Source: Hormiphora californensis
Taxonomy: Eukaryota > Animalia > Ctenophora
Assembly (NCBI GenBank): GCA_020137815.1
Contig: CM035360.1
Span: 1,240,001-1,304,000 of the forward strand
Reading direction: 5' to 3'
Length of the DNA stretch: 64,000 bases
Below are positions 12,217 to 24,937 of the stretch, piece by piece (position 1 is the first letter of the stretch; the number at the start of each line of letters is the position of its first letter). The position numbers were made by a program, and so were the translations under genes. The notes under the pieces were generated by a model. The model did not search any database and was not told where the DNA came from. It saw nothing but the letters and a program-made list of their open reading frames with translations.

Positions 12217-15200
12217 ATGAAACCCCAGCAATAATAGGTAACCTGATATTGTACTCTTAGAGAACGGTACCTGGCTTTCTTTCTCTGTAAGCCCTCCTAA
12301 CTCTCCTTAACATGAGGAAGGGTTGAGTAAGGCAACTCAAGGGAGCTGTAGGCATTAAAAAACACAAGTCTGCCCATTATATATCGGGGTCTGCAGAAAG
12401 GACTCAACTTTCTATATTTCTAAACTCCCCCCTTCCCTCCCAGGACAAGTTACACCCCAGCTACCTCATCCTTTGATACACCCTCAACATCCTTTGGCAG
12501 GGTACCCCCCTCCACACCAAGATCTACAAAACGGCAGAGAAACGAGAGCTGCTCATCTAACCTTGATTCATCTTTCTACAGTGAGTACATTGTACAGTGA
12601 GTATATGTACATTGTACATTGAGTACATTATACATAACTGAGTGCAGTGAGTGTATGTAGAAGGTGTTGTGATTCTTGGTTTGAGTAGTAAAGTTGTTAT
12701 AGTGGTGTGTGTGGTGAGTGGAGGTTGTGAGAGAATAACTGCAGTGGTGAAGTGACGGCGGTTTCAATTGTTATATATTAGAGATAATAGAGGGAGAGAG
12801 AGAAAAAGAGTAAATCTAGAAAACAAAGATAGCATGTAACCAGTTTTTAACATGCATTTACATTGCGTGATGTTTCACACTGAGTGCGTTGCTATGGTAA
12901 CCATGTGATAGTTGATACCTCACTCTTGGGTATCATGGGGTCCCTTATTTTTCTCCCACACATTACATAACCTAGTTGCCCGTGGTAACATGTGTCTCCC
13001 CTTCTTACCCCACTGCAGTGCCCCAAAAGGGGTACAGAACTGTACAAAACTCTTTCTCTATCTCTCTTTCTCTCGCTCTCACTCCCGGGATCTCCCCTTT
13101 TCCACTATCCTTTTATCTCCCTCTCTCCCTCCCGTGCTCACTTTCTCTCTATCCCAGACCCCTCTATTTGTCCGTGATCCCCCTCCCCTCCCAACCCAGG
13201 TCCAGATACCACTCCGACGCTAAGCGGTGGAAGCAGATGTAGAGCCTCTAAATCGTTAGGATCCCTTACTGGCAGGTGAGAATCGTTATTTTTTATTTTT
13301 TGTTTCTGTCTTTCTGGTATCTTTATTATTTCTTTTTTCTTCTTGTTTTTCCTTATTTCTTTTTTTTCCTTGTTTTTCTCCAACACACCTTACAACCTGG
13401 TCTGAGACCCTATCATGAAAACAGTAAACGCAATCCCGCTCAGGACCAATTGATTACTTCGTTGAATTTCAGGAAATTAAAGAGAATGGAAAGAGAAATT
13501 ATAATTCTAGGTTCTTTAGCCTCCCAACACAACTCCATATATGGCTGTGTCCATATAAGGAGTTGTGTTGTGAGTTGCCCGGGCCCCACCACGTGGAGGT
13601 AAACCTAGGTAGGAGCACTCTCTTTCTTAATGTTCTCTCTCTCTTCCCCCCTTCTATCTCTTTTTCTGATTTCTCTCTCTCTCTCTCTCTCACTCTCTCT
13701 CTCTCACTCCCTCTCTCTCTCACTCTCTCTCCCCCTCTCTCTCTTTCTCTCTCTCCACAAACTAAGAAAGAGACTGCTCCAGCTGGGTGCCCTGGTGCCC
13801 GTGACCGGAAGGCGATGCCCGACCACTAGCCGCCTGTTGATAGCGGATGGCGTGGCTGATTCGGACGGTGCAACCGGTACACAAAGCGGTAGGACGGCAG
13901 GGGAAGAGAGAAAGAAATAGGTTCTCTCAACCTCCCCCCACACATCCCGAAATCGGAGGCGAGTAGCATGCCCGGCTCAGGCATGCTCCCCACCTATAGC
14001 GAAGTAATCATTGAGCATAGCAGAGTTGTGTTTGCTGAAACCACGACAGAACCTCACACCAGGCCATCTTCATCTCGGCGTGGCTGAGGGCAGTTACCCG
14101 ACTTATCGTGTAGAAGTCAGACTAGATGGGGCAACAAGAGAGTGAGGCTGTGTGTGTTGTACAGCTGCTTATATAATGAGGGCTAGTCACGTGGTGTGCG
14201 TGGTGATCACGTGGTGTGCTTGTTGCGCTGTAGCAGCACAATGTGATGGTCACGTGATGTGCGCCTCCTGCACTGCCGTGCTGGTAGAAGCACTGGGGTC
14301 GTGTGGGGGAGGCGGCATGATCTAATAGCAAGGATAGAGAGCAAAGGAGAGAAAAGAAAGGGAGAGATAGAGAGATACTGTTGAACAAACGGATAATCTC
14401 TCACCGCTACAGCTGGCTACGGTCTGAATAGCGAGAGACAGAAAGAAATAGGATAGAGATATAATTATAGAGCGACAGAAGTGTGAGAGAGAGATAGATG
14501 GAAGTATGACGTCATGCCCCAGAAATAACTGTTCATGATTGGTTGCTAAGCAAACAATAACAGTCGCTGCAACAAGATGGGGGGGGGGTGCAGCCCAAAA
14601 AAAACCAACCATACCCTGGATTTTCAAAAGTGTTGATTTTTTTTGGTCGTTTTTGATTTTTTTTGATTTTTTTTGATCTTTTTTGATTTTTTTTGATCTT
14701 TTTTGATCTTTTTTTATTTTTTTAAATTTCTTTTGATCTTTTTTTATTTTTTTGATCTTTTTTGATTTTTTTTGATCGTTTTTGATTTTTTTAAAATTTT
14801 TTTGATCGTTTTTGATTTTATTTGATCGTTTTTGATTTTTTTTGAACTTTTTGTTCAACATTAAACAATCAAAAAAAATCAAAAACGATCAAAAAAATTC
14901 AAAAACGATCAAAAAAATTCAAAAAAAATCAAAAACGATCAAAAAAAATCAAAAACGACCAAAAAAAATCAAAAACGACCAAAAAAAATCAAAGAAATTT
15001 CAACCAAAAACGACCAAAAACGACCAAAAAAACCAACCATACCCTGGGTTTCGGAAAAAGTTTGAATTTTTTTGGGGCTGCACCCCCCCAAGATGAATTT
15101 GGTGCAATAGCCAATACATGCTAAATGTAGAATTCAACTTCAAAACAAAGCAAAATGGTTTGGTGCCCTTCGGCAGTACAAGAGACTGAAATGAAGTCCC

Positions 15201-17170
15201 CCACTCACCTGAGCAATCCAACATTCATTAATGAAAATAATAATTATCTCCCGTTCTCACTTCTCCAGACACCAAACACTTCCTAGTTCCTATAACTTCC
15301 TAGATATTCTAACAAATAATTGTTCAACATGTCTAGACGGCAGTTTCCTTTGGGATTATATGTGCATAATTAACTCTCCACACACGTTTCTTTCCTTCTG
15401 GAATATTCTAAACTATCATCCCATACTCTTTTCTTTTTCCACTCTCTTCTTTCTCCGTGGACCGTGTGTTGTTACATGCGTCCTTGTGTCGATTATTATA
15501 ACTCTGGTGTTGATTTGCTTTGTTCGTTATCTTCATCTCTCCCTGAATATATTTTTAGTTGCCTAGCTAGACTGTGTTTCGCGCGCCCCGCCCGCAGATG
15601 TAAAGGAGGGTTAGAACATCACAAATTTTTAGTCCTAAATCCAACTATTCCTCAGGTTTTGTACCCTATTAGCCAGCTCTGAGGACAGCTCTCTTGATCT
15701 CAATTATGCGTGCTCCAAATTGGGCGTTGCTAAGCGACGGATCTATGATATCACAAACGTGTTAGAGGGTGTTGGTCTGATTGAGAAAACTACCAAGAAT
15801 CTAATCAGATGGAAGTGAGTTTTGGGAACTTTTGGGATTTTTTAATCGAGGAATAAAATTCAATCCGTCACCTCCAAGCTCATTTTATGATAATGCTATT
15901 ATTTTTACCATGGCAACCAAAGGTAACATAACACTCTACTCTCCCCCAGGGACAACTCAGGTGATTCAGAAAGTGCAAACTCTTCTGCGGAAAAAGAAAA
16001 ACAGAAAAATATCACATTATTACAGTCAGAAATTTATTCTTTGCAGTTACAGGTAGCTATTAATTATTTAATTGTACTAGTTTCAATTACTAATGAATAC
16101 TTAGCTTGTTCATCTATCTTACCTCTGGGACAGTACAACATTCAATTCAGAGATGGTACCACCCTGTACTTTTGTTTGTTTCCCATCACACCCCCCCCCC
16201 CCCTATCAGGACCAGCACCTAGAAAAGATAATGGACTCTCTGAAAGCGGACCTGGATTCCATCTCACCCGAATTAGGAAAAGAAAACCAAACGTAAGCTG
16301 CCCAAATATTCAGCCCCCTGATTCCTGATCTATCTTTAACCCAACAAGAATGATATAATAGTATTTCTTGATCCAGAGTTGTACTGAATCTTGCTTTTAA
16401 CACGCCCCTTCCCCATAGAAAATGCTACAAATACATAACAAATGATGATCTGAACAGTATACCAGAGTTTTGGAGTAAAATGGTGATTCCCATCCCAGCT
16501 CCAAAACAGGCTAAATTGGAAGTTGTTGACAAGGAACCGGGACAAACGGTAAGAGTTTAGACTGACTTATAATGTGACTTAGATTGAATCCCTACTTGTA
16601 CAACCCCCCCCCCCCCCCCCCCCCCCGATAAAAGGTGAAATTACATATATCCCCCTTTCTCAGGATATCAAGATAAGGATCAGTAGCGAAGACACGCCCT
16701 TCGTTGTCTACGAGCCCATCTACCCGCTCAGTCCTGCTGAAATTAAACCACTACTCCCAACTTTGGAAGACCTTCCTCCTCCCCATCACCACCATCTCCC
16801 TCAGCCCTCAATAACAGCCCCCTTGGCACCTCCCCCAGGATCCCTTCCAGAACCCTCCCTCGCCTCCTCCTCATCCTCCTCAATGACCCCCACAAAAAGG
16901 GGAGTCCTCTCAACCCAGACCCTCACCGCAACGCCAGTCAAGACTCCGGGCAAGGTGTCACGGCATTCCCTCGAGTTTCCATCACCCCTCTCGGTGTTCA
17001 GGTCACCGTTCAAGTCACCCCTCAGTTCCCCGTACAAGGTGTCACCCTACAAGTCACCTTTTAGGAGAAAGTTGTCATTTGGTATGCCCGCCAGTCCAGA
17101 TCTAAATTTTGACTTTTTCTCCGGGCTGGGAGATAACGAGGGGATCAGAGATTTGTATGATGCGTGGTAG
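12217..17170 (+). CDS. E2F: E2F transcription factor (typical E2F1-5 type with Rb-binding C-terminus)
   Basis: Exons 12444-12580, 13200-13275, 15656-15814, 15950-16052, 16210-16292, 16419-16548, 16664-17170 join in frame: [56 protein letters not shown]; marked-box-like YITNDDL..VIPIPAP..LEV; C-terminus [16 protein letters not shown]. The first exon (12217-12237) is tentative and needs a homopolymer correction. Confidence 0.93.
13752..14143 (-). ncRNA. Candidate structured transcript nested antisense in E2F intron (family unidentified)
   Basis: Minus-strand TATATAA at 14175-14169, Inr-like TCACTCT with A at 14143, several hairpins, no convincing ORF, near-identical second copy at 23311-23702. 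Confidence 0.35.
14143..14260 (-). promoter_or_regulatory. TATA + Inr + CACGTG E-box cluster
   Basis: TATATAA begins 32 nt upstream of the Inr A; three CACGTG within about 85 bp upstream of the TATA; the same layout occurs at 23702-23836. Confidence 0.5.
14580..15088. mobile_element. Fold-back MITE with internal 10-bp repeats
   Basis: TIR GGGGGGTGCAGCCC; (TTTTTGATCG)n facing (AAAAACGATC)n; direct repeat CAAGATG at both flanks (5-7 bp TSD); absent from the duplicate region near 25070. Confidence 0.85.
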
Positions 17171-17302
17171 AGTTGTAAAATGCCATACTACCTTTGGTTT
17201 CGCTATTTTATCGGGAGTTGACCCGAAATCAGAGCTAGCAATCTCAGACGGTTTTCTAGCAGATCTACACTCTGTTTCTCTTGTGGAATCATGCTTGACA
17301 AG

Positions 17303-17411
17303 CAGGAACCGACCGAATCAGGAAATACTAGTCTCTGATTGGCTGATAGCCAGTCACGTGACCTAAATAACGAGCTCTGATTGGTTGTTAACTTGGTTCG
17401 GTCGGTTCCTG
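17303..17411. mobile_element. Short hAT-type MITE
   Basis: TIR CAGGAACCGACCGAA; 8-bp flanks TTGACAAG / GTGACAAG. Confidence 0.85.
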
Positions 17412-17577
17412 GTGACAAGCCACCTGGTAGTGCAACAAAAGGAATAAAGACAAAACGTAAATTCAGTTCAGCGACCCTAATTCTTATTTGAGATTTCACC
17501 CTGTAAATACTGAGAAAGATAGAGAGACAGATCGAGGGAGAAAGAGAGAGAGGGAGTGTGTGTGAGAGAGAGAGAGA

Positions 17578-17630
<53 letters not shown>

Positions 17631-18282
17631 AGAGAGCAGAGAGCAGAGAGCAGAGAGAGGGACAGTTATTCAAAATGCTAGCCTTTTGATCAAATTTGTA
17701 AGGGAATTTCATTGTGTCTCGATGTTTGTTTTTGGGGATCATTGGCGAATATTTTAGCTCGAGATCGAGGAAAGAATACAGAGAGTTGAAAAGCAGGGAG
17801 TTGGGAGTTATTATATATGCACGCTCCAGAATAGTCTTTGTATATTCTTTGTACATTTAGTGATAGTATAGACTATTATAGAGCTGTTAAAGTAGCGTAA
17901 TAATCAGATAATACTTTTCAGTGCTTCTTTTCTCTCCCTAAATACTCATGATTTTCTGGCCCGTTTGTGTATCTTTATCCCTGTCAATTAAATCGAGTTG
18001 ATGATCCCAATTTTATCGTTTAAGGAAAGCTCTTACATATAATACCTTGACAGTCAATTATTTTATTAGCAATAGTTTTACATATATTGTAGACAGGCAA
18101 TTAAAGTATGTAAAAACTTAGTGATGGAATAGTTTATTAGTTGTGGGATAGTGTGTGACGAGTCGGAGTATAACAGTACAGATACACAACCGTGTCATGT
18201 TCTGACCCTCTGCGGTGTGAGAGAGGGTCGAGCAATATGTTTTGTTATTCGTTTGCTGATAGAAAAAAAGAAAGATTATATA

Positions 18283-18355
18283 CAGTCGGTCCCCGATTTA
18301 CCGGGAAAGGTACCTTTTTTTTCCCCAAGCATCCCGGTAAATCAGGGTCCGTCTG
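18283..18355. mobile_element. Short palindromic MITE
   Basis: TA-CAGTCGGTCCCCGATTTACCGGG..CCCGGTAAATCAGGGTCCGTCTG. Confidence 0.7.
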
Positions 18356-18698
18356 CAGTACCTGTGAAGTATCTGTGAAGTATAGAAAGCTGTGATGTGT
18401 CCAATTCTCTTACAACTGTTCAACAAATCAATGTTTTTTAGAGAGCGTGAGAAATCAGAAGATTGGCCGATTCAATATATATCTCTCTCCTTGTTTTTCT
18501 CTTATTGCAGCACATCTTCTGCTTTTTCATTGATACGTGCAGTCTTTGTGCGTTCATCTCCTCTGATTTTGAAGCGGTAGCTCAGCTTCCCCATCTATTC
18601 AGTCCTCTTACATCCCTTCTAACATTGCCCAATTCCCCCAACATTCGATTCCATAACATAGCTCCCTTAAATATTTACCTCTCTCTCCATAGCCAGCC

Positions 18699-18847
18699 AT
18701 GTCTCATTTCGGAGAGGTAGATCCTATGTGGAACTACCAGCTGTGTTTCATCTCAGTGGCAGGTTTGCAACCGACACAGATCTGCTGACCATTGGAGCGT
18801 ATAGGACCGAAGCTGGGAAACCTTGGGTACTACCATGTGTTCGACAG
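18699..18847 (+). pseudogene. Isolated degenerate copy of aspartate aminotransferase exon 1
   Basis: Near-identical to 25759-25917 but with a 2-bp insertion and loss of the ANKVN codons; no downstream exons follow. Confidence 0.85.
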
Positions 18848-19223
18848 GTAAACTACATTCCTGGGTGACAAGTCCCAAAATGTGTGTTGAAAGGGGCTAT
18901 ACAATACGGAATACCCTGTGCCCACATCCCTATCTACTCTGTTCCCAGTTCCTGACGGTCGCTAATATCTGGCACCATTGGTCGAGTCTATATGTCCCCC
19001 GTCTATCGTCTCTCTTACGAATTGTATACCCCTCCCCCAGCAGCCTATAGCATGCAACTTTAAATACTAACATCCGGATAGAATAGTACACTCTAGTAGT
19101 ACACTCTACTGGGTGGCAGCTAGGTACACAAAACTCTTTCTCTCTATATCTTTCTCAGCCGCTCTCACTCCCGGGAGCTCCCCTTCTTCCACTATCCCTT
19201 TATCTCCCTTTCTCTAACTCCCT

Positions 19224-19271
<48 letters not shown>

Positions 19272-19349
19272 TTCTTTTATCTTATTTCCTCCTTGTTTTT
19301 TTCTTATTTCTTTTTTTTCTTCTTGTTTTTTCCCACACTCACCTTACAG

Positions 19350-22300
19350 CCTGGTGGGACCTATAAAAAAACAATAACGCAAAAACCCCTCGGACCAATT
19401 GATTATTCCTTTGTTTGTCCACAAAAAGGAATAAAGCCCCAAAAACTTTTTAAATTCATTTTTCAGCAAACCCTTTAATTCTTATTTGAATTTAAAACCC
19501 TTTGTAATACTGAAAAAGTTTTGAGAGACGATCGAGGGGGGGGCAAAATGAGAGGGGGGGGTGGCGGGGGGGAAAAAGGGAAAAGGGGGGAGGGGGGCAA
19601 GGGGAGAGAGAAGGGGAAGGGAAAAGGGGAGGAGGATGGGAGGAGGAAGGGGAACCCGGGGGGGGGGGGAGGGCCGAGGGGGGCCCCGGGAAAAGAGGGC
19701 CCGTTTTTTCAAATGCAACCCTTTTTTATAAAATTTTTGAAAAGGGAAATTTTATTGGGGTTTTTCTCGATGTTTTTTTTTTGGGGATCTTTGGGCCCGA
19801 ATATTTTAGCTCGAGATCGGGGGGAAAAAAAAATACAGAGGGGGTTGGGAAAAAAGCAGGGATTTGGGGGTTTTATTTTTATGCAGTTTCCAGAATAGTC
19901 TTTGTAGTTTCTTTGACTTTTGGGTGATAGTATGACAAATTATAGAGCTTTTTTTAAAAGGGGTATTTTAAAAATCAAAAAACTTTTTCATTGCTTTTTC
20001 TCCCCAAAATACTCATGATTTTCTGGCCCGTTTGTGAAATTTTCCTTTATCCCTGTAAAATTAAATCGATTTTATGACCCCAATTTTTAAATCGTTTAAG
20101 GAAAAAGCTTTTTACTTTAAAAAACCCTTTGACATTTCAATTTTTTTTTTTGGGAAATATTTTTACATATTTTGTAGACAGGAAAATTAAAGTATGTAAA
20201 AACTTAGGATGGAATGTTTTTTTTTTTTGGGATAGGGGTTTTGGGCCCCAAAGTCGGAGTATAACAGTAAGATTAACCAACCGGGGGGGGTTCAATTTTT
20301 GACCCCCCTTCTGGGGTTTTGTGGGGAGAGAGGGTTTTGGGGGGAAAAAATTGTTTTTTTTATTCGTTTCTGATAGAAAAAAAGAAAGTTTTATAAACAG
20401 TGGGGCCCCGATTTCCCGGGGGGAAAAGGGGTCCCTTTTTTTTTTTCCCCAAAGCACCCCCGGGTAAATCGGGGGGCCCGGGTTTCCTGGCAGTACCTTG
20501 AAGTATCGGGAAAAAGGTTTTTCAGAAACTTTTGGAGGGTGGGTTTTCCAATTCCTTTACAAATTTTTAACCCAAAAAATTTTTTTTTTTTTTAGAGGGG
20601 GGCGGGGAGAAATAAAGAAAAATTCCCCCGATTCAAATAATATCTCTCCCCCTTTTTTTTTCTTTATTGACAGCACATTTTTTGCTTTTTTTTGAAAACG
20701 GCGGGTCTTTGTGCTTTTCATCCCTCTTGTTTTAAACTTTTAACCCCCCCCCATTTCCCCCCCCAAATTTGGGGGTTTTTTTTTCCCTCTTTAAACCTCC
20801 TTTTTTTTTAACATTCCCCCAAATTCCCCCCCCAAAATTGGGTTTCCCAAATAACATAGCTCCCTTAAAAATATTTACCCCCTTTTCTCCATACCCCACC
20901 CAATGGCTCTTTTCGGAAAAGGTGGGAATTCCCTATGTGGAACTCCCAGCTTGTTTTTCATCTCATTTTGGCGGGGGTTTGGGGGGCAACCGAAAAACAA
21001 TCTGTTTGACCATTGGACTTTATAGGCCCCGAAGCGGGAAAACCTTTGGGTACTACCATGTTTTTTCGACGGGTTTTAAAATACTTTCCCTTGGGTGGAC
21101 AAGTCCCAAAATTGTGTTTTTGGGGAAAGGGGTAATTTAAACAAAATAGGGAATACCCGTGCCCACATCCCTATCTACTCTTTTCCCCAATTTCCCCGGG
21201 AGGGTTTCCCCCTTTAATATCGGGGAAACCTTTGGTTTCGGGTTATTTTTGGTCCCCCGTCTATCTTTTTTTCCTTACGAATTGTATACCCCCCCCCAGC
21301 GGGCCTATAGAAATCCCAAATTTAAAACTAAATCCGGTTTAGAAAAGAAAACCTCTGTAGTACCCCTTTTACTGGGGTGGCAGTGGGTAACAAAACCCCT
21401 TTCTCCTAATATCTTTTTTTCCCGGGGGCCGCTCTCCCCCCCGGGGACCCCCCCTTTTTTCCCCACATCCCTTTTTTTCCCCTTTTCTCAAAACCCCCTT
21501 TAATTCTCTCTCCCCTCTCGCCCTTCCCTCCTTTTCCCCCCTTCGTTTTCTTTTATCTTATTTCCTTCTTGTTTTTTTCTTATTTCTTTTTTTTCTTCTT
21601 GTTTTTTCCCACACTCACCTTACAGCCTGGTGTGAGATCCTATCATAAAAACAGATAACGCAATCCCACTCAGGACCAATTGATTACTTCGCTTGAATTT
21701 TGGGAAATTGAAGAGAATGGAAAGAGAAATTATGGTTCTAGGTTCTTTAGCCTCCCAACACAACTCCATATATGGCTGTGTCCATATAAGGAGTTGTGTT
21801 GTGAGGGGCCCCCGGCCCCCCCCGGGGGGCCTTGGGGCCCCTTTTTAAAACCGGGGCCCCCTTTTTTTTTTTTTTTTTTTTCCCCCCCCCCCCCTCTTTT
21901 TTTCCCCCCCCTTTTCCCCCGGCCCCCCCCTTTTTTCCCCCCCCCCCCCCCGGCCCCCTTTTCCCCCCATTAAAAAAAAAATTTTTTTTCCCCTTCTCCC
22001 CCCCCCCCCCTTTTTTTCCCCCCCCCCTTTTTTTCCCCCCCCCCCCGGGGGGTCCCCCTTTCTCTCTCTCTCTCTTTTTTCTCCCCAAAAAACCCCTTTT
22101 TTTTTTTTTTTTGGGTTTTTTCCCCCTCCCCCCCGGGGGTTCCTTTTTTGGCCCCCTGGGTTTTTTCCCCCTTTTTTTTTTGGGGGGGGCCCCCCCCCCC
22201 CCCTTTTTTTTTTTGGGGGCCCCTTTGGGGGTTTGGGGCCCCCCCCCCTTTTTTCCCCCCCCCCTTTTTTTCCCCTTTTTTTTTTTTCCCCCCCTTTTTT

Positions 22301-23280
22301 TTCCCCCCCCCGGGGTTTCCCTTTCCCCCTTTTTTCCCCGGGGGTCTTTTTTTTGGGGGCCTTTTTTTTTTTTCCCCCCGGGGTTTTTTTCCCCCCCCCT
22401 TTTTTCCCCCCCTTTTTCTTTTCCCCCTTTTTTTTCCCCCCTTTTTGGTACTCCCCCCTTTCCCCCCCCCTTCTTTTTCCCCCCCTTCCCCCCGGGGGGG
22501 TTTCCCCCCCAAAAAAACCCGGGGCCCCGGAAAAACCCCCCGCCCCCCCCCTTTTTCCCCCCCGGGGGATTCCCCGGGGGGGGGGGAAGGGGGGGGGAAA
22601 AAAGGTTTTGGGGGCCCCCCCCCGGGGGGGCGGGGGGCCCCGGGGGGGTTCCCCAACGGGGGGGGGAAAAAAAAAAAAGGTTTTTTTCGCCCCCCAAAAC
22701 CCCCAAAAAAATTTTTTAAAAGGGGGGGGCCCCCCGGGGGGGGGGCCCCCCCTTTTTTTACTGGGGGTTTTTGGGGGGGGGGGCCCAAAAAAGGGGGGCC
22801 CCCCTTTTTTTTTGGGGGCCCCAAAAAAAGGGGGGGGGAAAAAAGGGGGGGGTGGGGGGGGTTTTGGTTTTTTTTTTTAAAAAGGGGGGTTTGGGGGGTT
22901 TGGGGGTTTTGGGGGGGGGGGGGTTTTTTTTTCCCTTTTGGGGAAAACCCCCCCCCCGGGGGGGGTTGGGGGAAGAGGGGGGGGGGGGGGGGGAAAAATT
23001 TTTAAAAAAAAAGGGGAAAAAAAAAAAAAATTTGGGGAAAAAAAGGGGGGGGGGGGGGGGGGGGAAAAAAAAAAAAAAAAAAAAAAAACCCCCCTTTTTC
23101 CTTTTTTTTAAAAAAAAAGTTTTTAAGGGGGGGGGGGGGAAAAATTTATTTTTTTTTTTTTTTTTTTTTAAAAAATTTAAAAAAAAAAAAAAAAACCCCT
23201 TTTTTTTTAAAAATTTTGGCGGGGAAAATTTTTTTTTTTTAAAAAAACCCAAAACCCCCAAAAATTTTTTCCCCCTTTCC
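19350..23280. other. Low-quality homopolymer-inflated sequence (probable assembly artefact)
   Basis: About 19690-21560 is a noisy re-reading of about 17660-19300 with stretched runs; 21810-23270 is almost only G/C/A/T runs. Confidence 0.9.
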
Positions 23281-23310
23281 TCTCTCTCCTCTCTCTCTCT
23301 CCTCTCTCTC

Positions 23311-23702
23311 TCTCCACAAACTAAGAAAGAGACTGCTCCAGCTGGGTGCCCTGGTGCCCGTGACCGGAAGGCGATGCCCGACCACTAGCCGCCTGTTGAT
23401 AGCGGATGGCGTGGCTGATTCGGACGGTGCAACCGGTACACAAAGCGGTGGGACGGCAGGGGAAGAGAGAAAGAGATATGTTCTCTCAACCTCCCCCCAC
23501 ACATCCCGAAATCGGAGGAGAGTAGCATGCCCGGCTCAGGCATGCTCCCCACCTATAGCGAAGTAATCATTGAGCATAGCAGAGTTGTGTTGTCTGAAAC
23601 CACGACAGAACCTCACACCAGGCCATCTTCATCTCGGCGTGGCTGAGGGCAGTTACCCGACTTATCGTGTAGAAGTCAGACTAGATGGGGCAACAAGAGA
23701 GT
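23311..23702 (-). ncRNA. Second copy of the candidate nested structured transcript
   Basis: About 6 substitutions versus 13752-14143 by manual comparison; TATA at 23734-23728. Confidence 0.35.
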
Positions 23703-23959
23703 GAGGCTGTGTGTGTTGTACAGCTGCTTATATAATGAGGGCTAGTCACGTGGTGTGCGTGGTGATCACGTTGTGTGCGTGGTGATCACGTGGTGTGCTT
23801 GTTGCGCTGTAGCAGCACGCTGTGATGGTCACGTGATGTGCGCCTCCTGCACTGCCGTGCTGGTAGAAGCACTGGGGTCGTGTGGGAGAGGCGGCATGAT
23901 CTAATAGCAAAGATAGAGAGCAAAGGAGAGAAATGAATGTGCCAGTGAGAGAAAAAGGA

Positions 23960-24031
<72 letters not shown>

Positions 24032-24112
24032 TCTTTAACAAACGGCTATTTTCTCTCGTTTCTCTCTCACCGCTTTGGTCTGAATCGTGAGAGACAGAAA
24101 GAAGTGTTAGAG

Positions 24113-24937
24113 GGGGGGGACGACATGTTAATTGTTAATAAATCACCTCTTTTTTTCGATTTTGTTAATTAACGTTAATTAACAAAATTAACAAAGTTAA
24201 CAAATGCGAAAAGACTGTTCTTATTGGCTGATAATACAACTTTGACTGGTTTGATTTTATAGTTTAATGACTTACCTAACACATATAAACCCAAACAAGG
24301 CCTTTTCCGATAACCCAAGTCCGACATACAGGTTTTTTGGCTCAAAATCGATAAAAATCCAAAAGTTACAAATATTTCAATTTAGCGTAAAAAATCTCAC
24401 TTTAACGTAATTTTTTTCATTGGTAATCGATTCTTAGTGCTTAATAAGATGGTATACAACGCTTCTGTTGGAAAAAGAAATAAAATTTTTCCAAAATCAA
24501 TTTTTCGGTCAACGATTGAAAATTTGCTTCGCTACAAATCCTTGTGTTTTTTTAGAAAAATACATTTTTGGGATATTTTTCGTTTTAAGGTAAATTCATG
24601 AGTCTTATTTAGTTTTTAGGGTTGGAAAATGTGGATTAGGGTCATTTGACTTCCATTGCAGTATAGTTTGGCTTGTTTTTATTAAGATTTACACAATGGA
24701 ACAAATCGCTGTAGAAAAGCCGTAGTAGAGGTAGTAGTGGTATGTAAATCGTGCAAAAGGAACAACTTTGCTCGCAGAACAAGTGTTAAATACCAAAAAA
24801 AGGGCTAAAGGGGGTTTAGATGGCATAAATGGCATTTGTTAACGTTTGTTAACTTTTTGTTAATTTTGTTAATAAATCACCTGTTTTCTCGATGTTAATA
24901 TTAACAAAGTTAACAAAATTAACATGTCGCACCCCCC
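24113..24937. mobile_element. Non-autonomous DNA transposon with 8-bp TSD
   Basis: TIR GGGGGG..CGACATGTTAATT; TSD TGTTAGAG at 24105-24112 and 24938-24945; absent from the E2F-intron copy. Confidence 0.85.

Noticed and set aside
13945-14055. UUCUGUCGUG and GAUUUCGG on the minus strand resemble U11 snRNA
   Set aside because: Only short matches; no AAAAAGG 5' end or Sm site at the expected spacing.
14322-15096. Lys-rich ORFs (KKIKNDQ repeats)
   Set aside because: Translation of the 10-bp internal repeats of a fold-back MITE.
19350-23280. Long Gly/Pro/Lys/Phe ORFs (up to 319 aa) and G-quadruplex-like runs
   Set aside because: Homopolymer-inflated re-reading of neighbouring sequence, including a garbled GOT1 exon 1 near 20900-21070; the frames stay open only because the runs lack stops.
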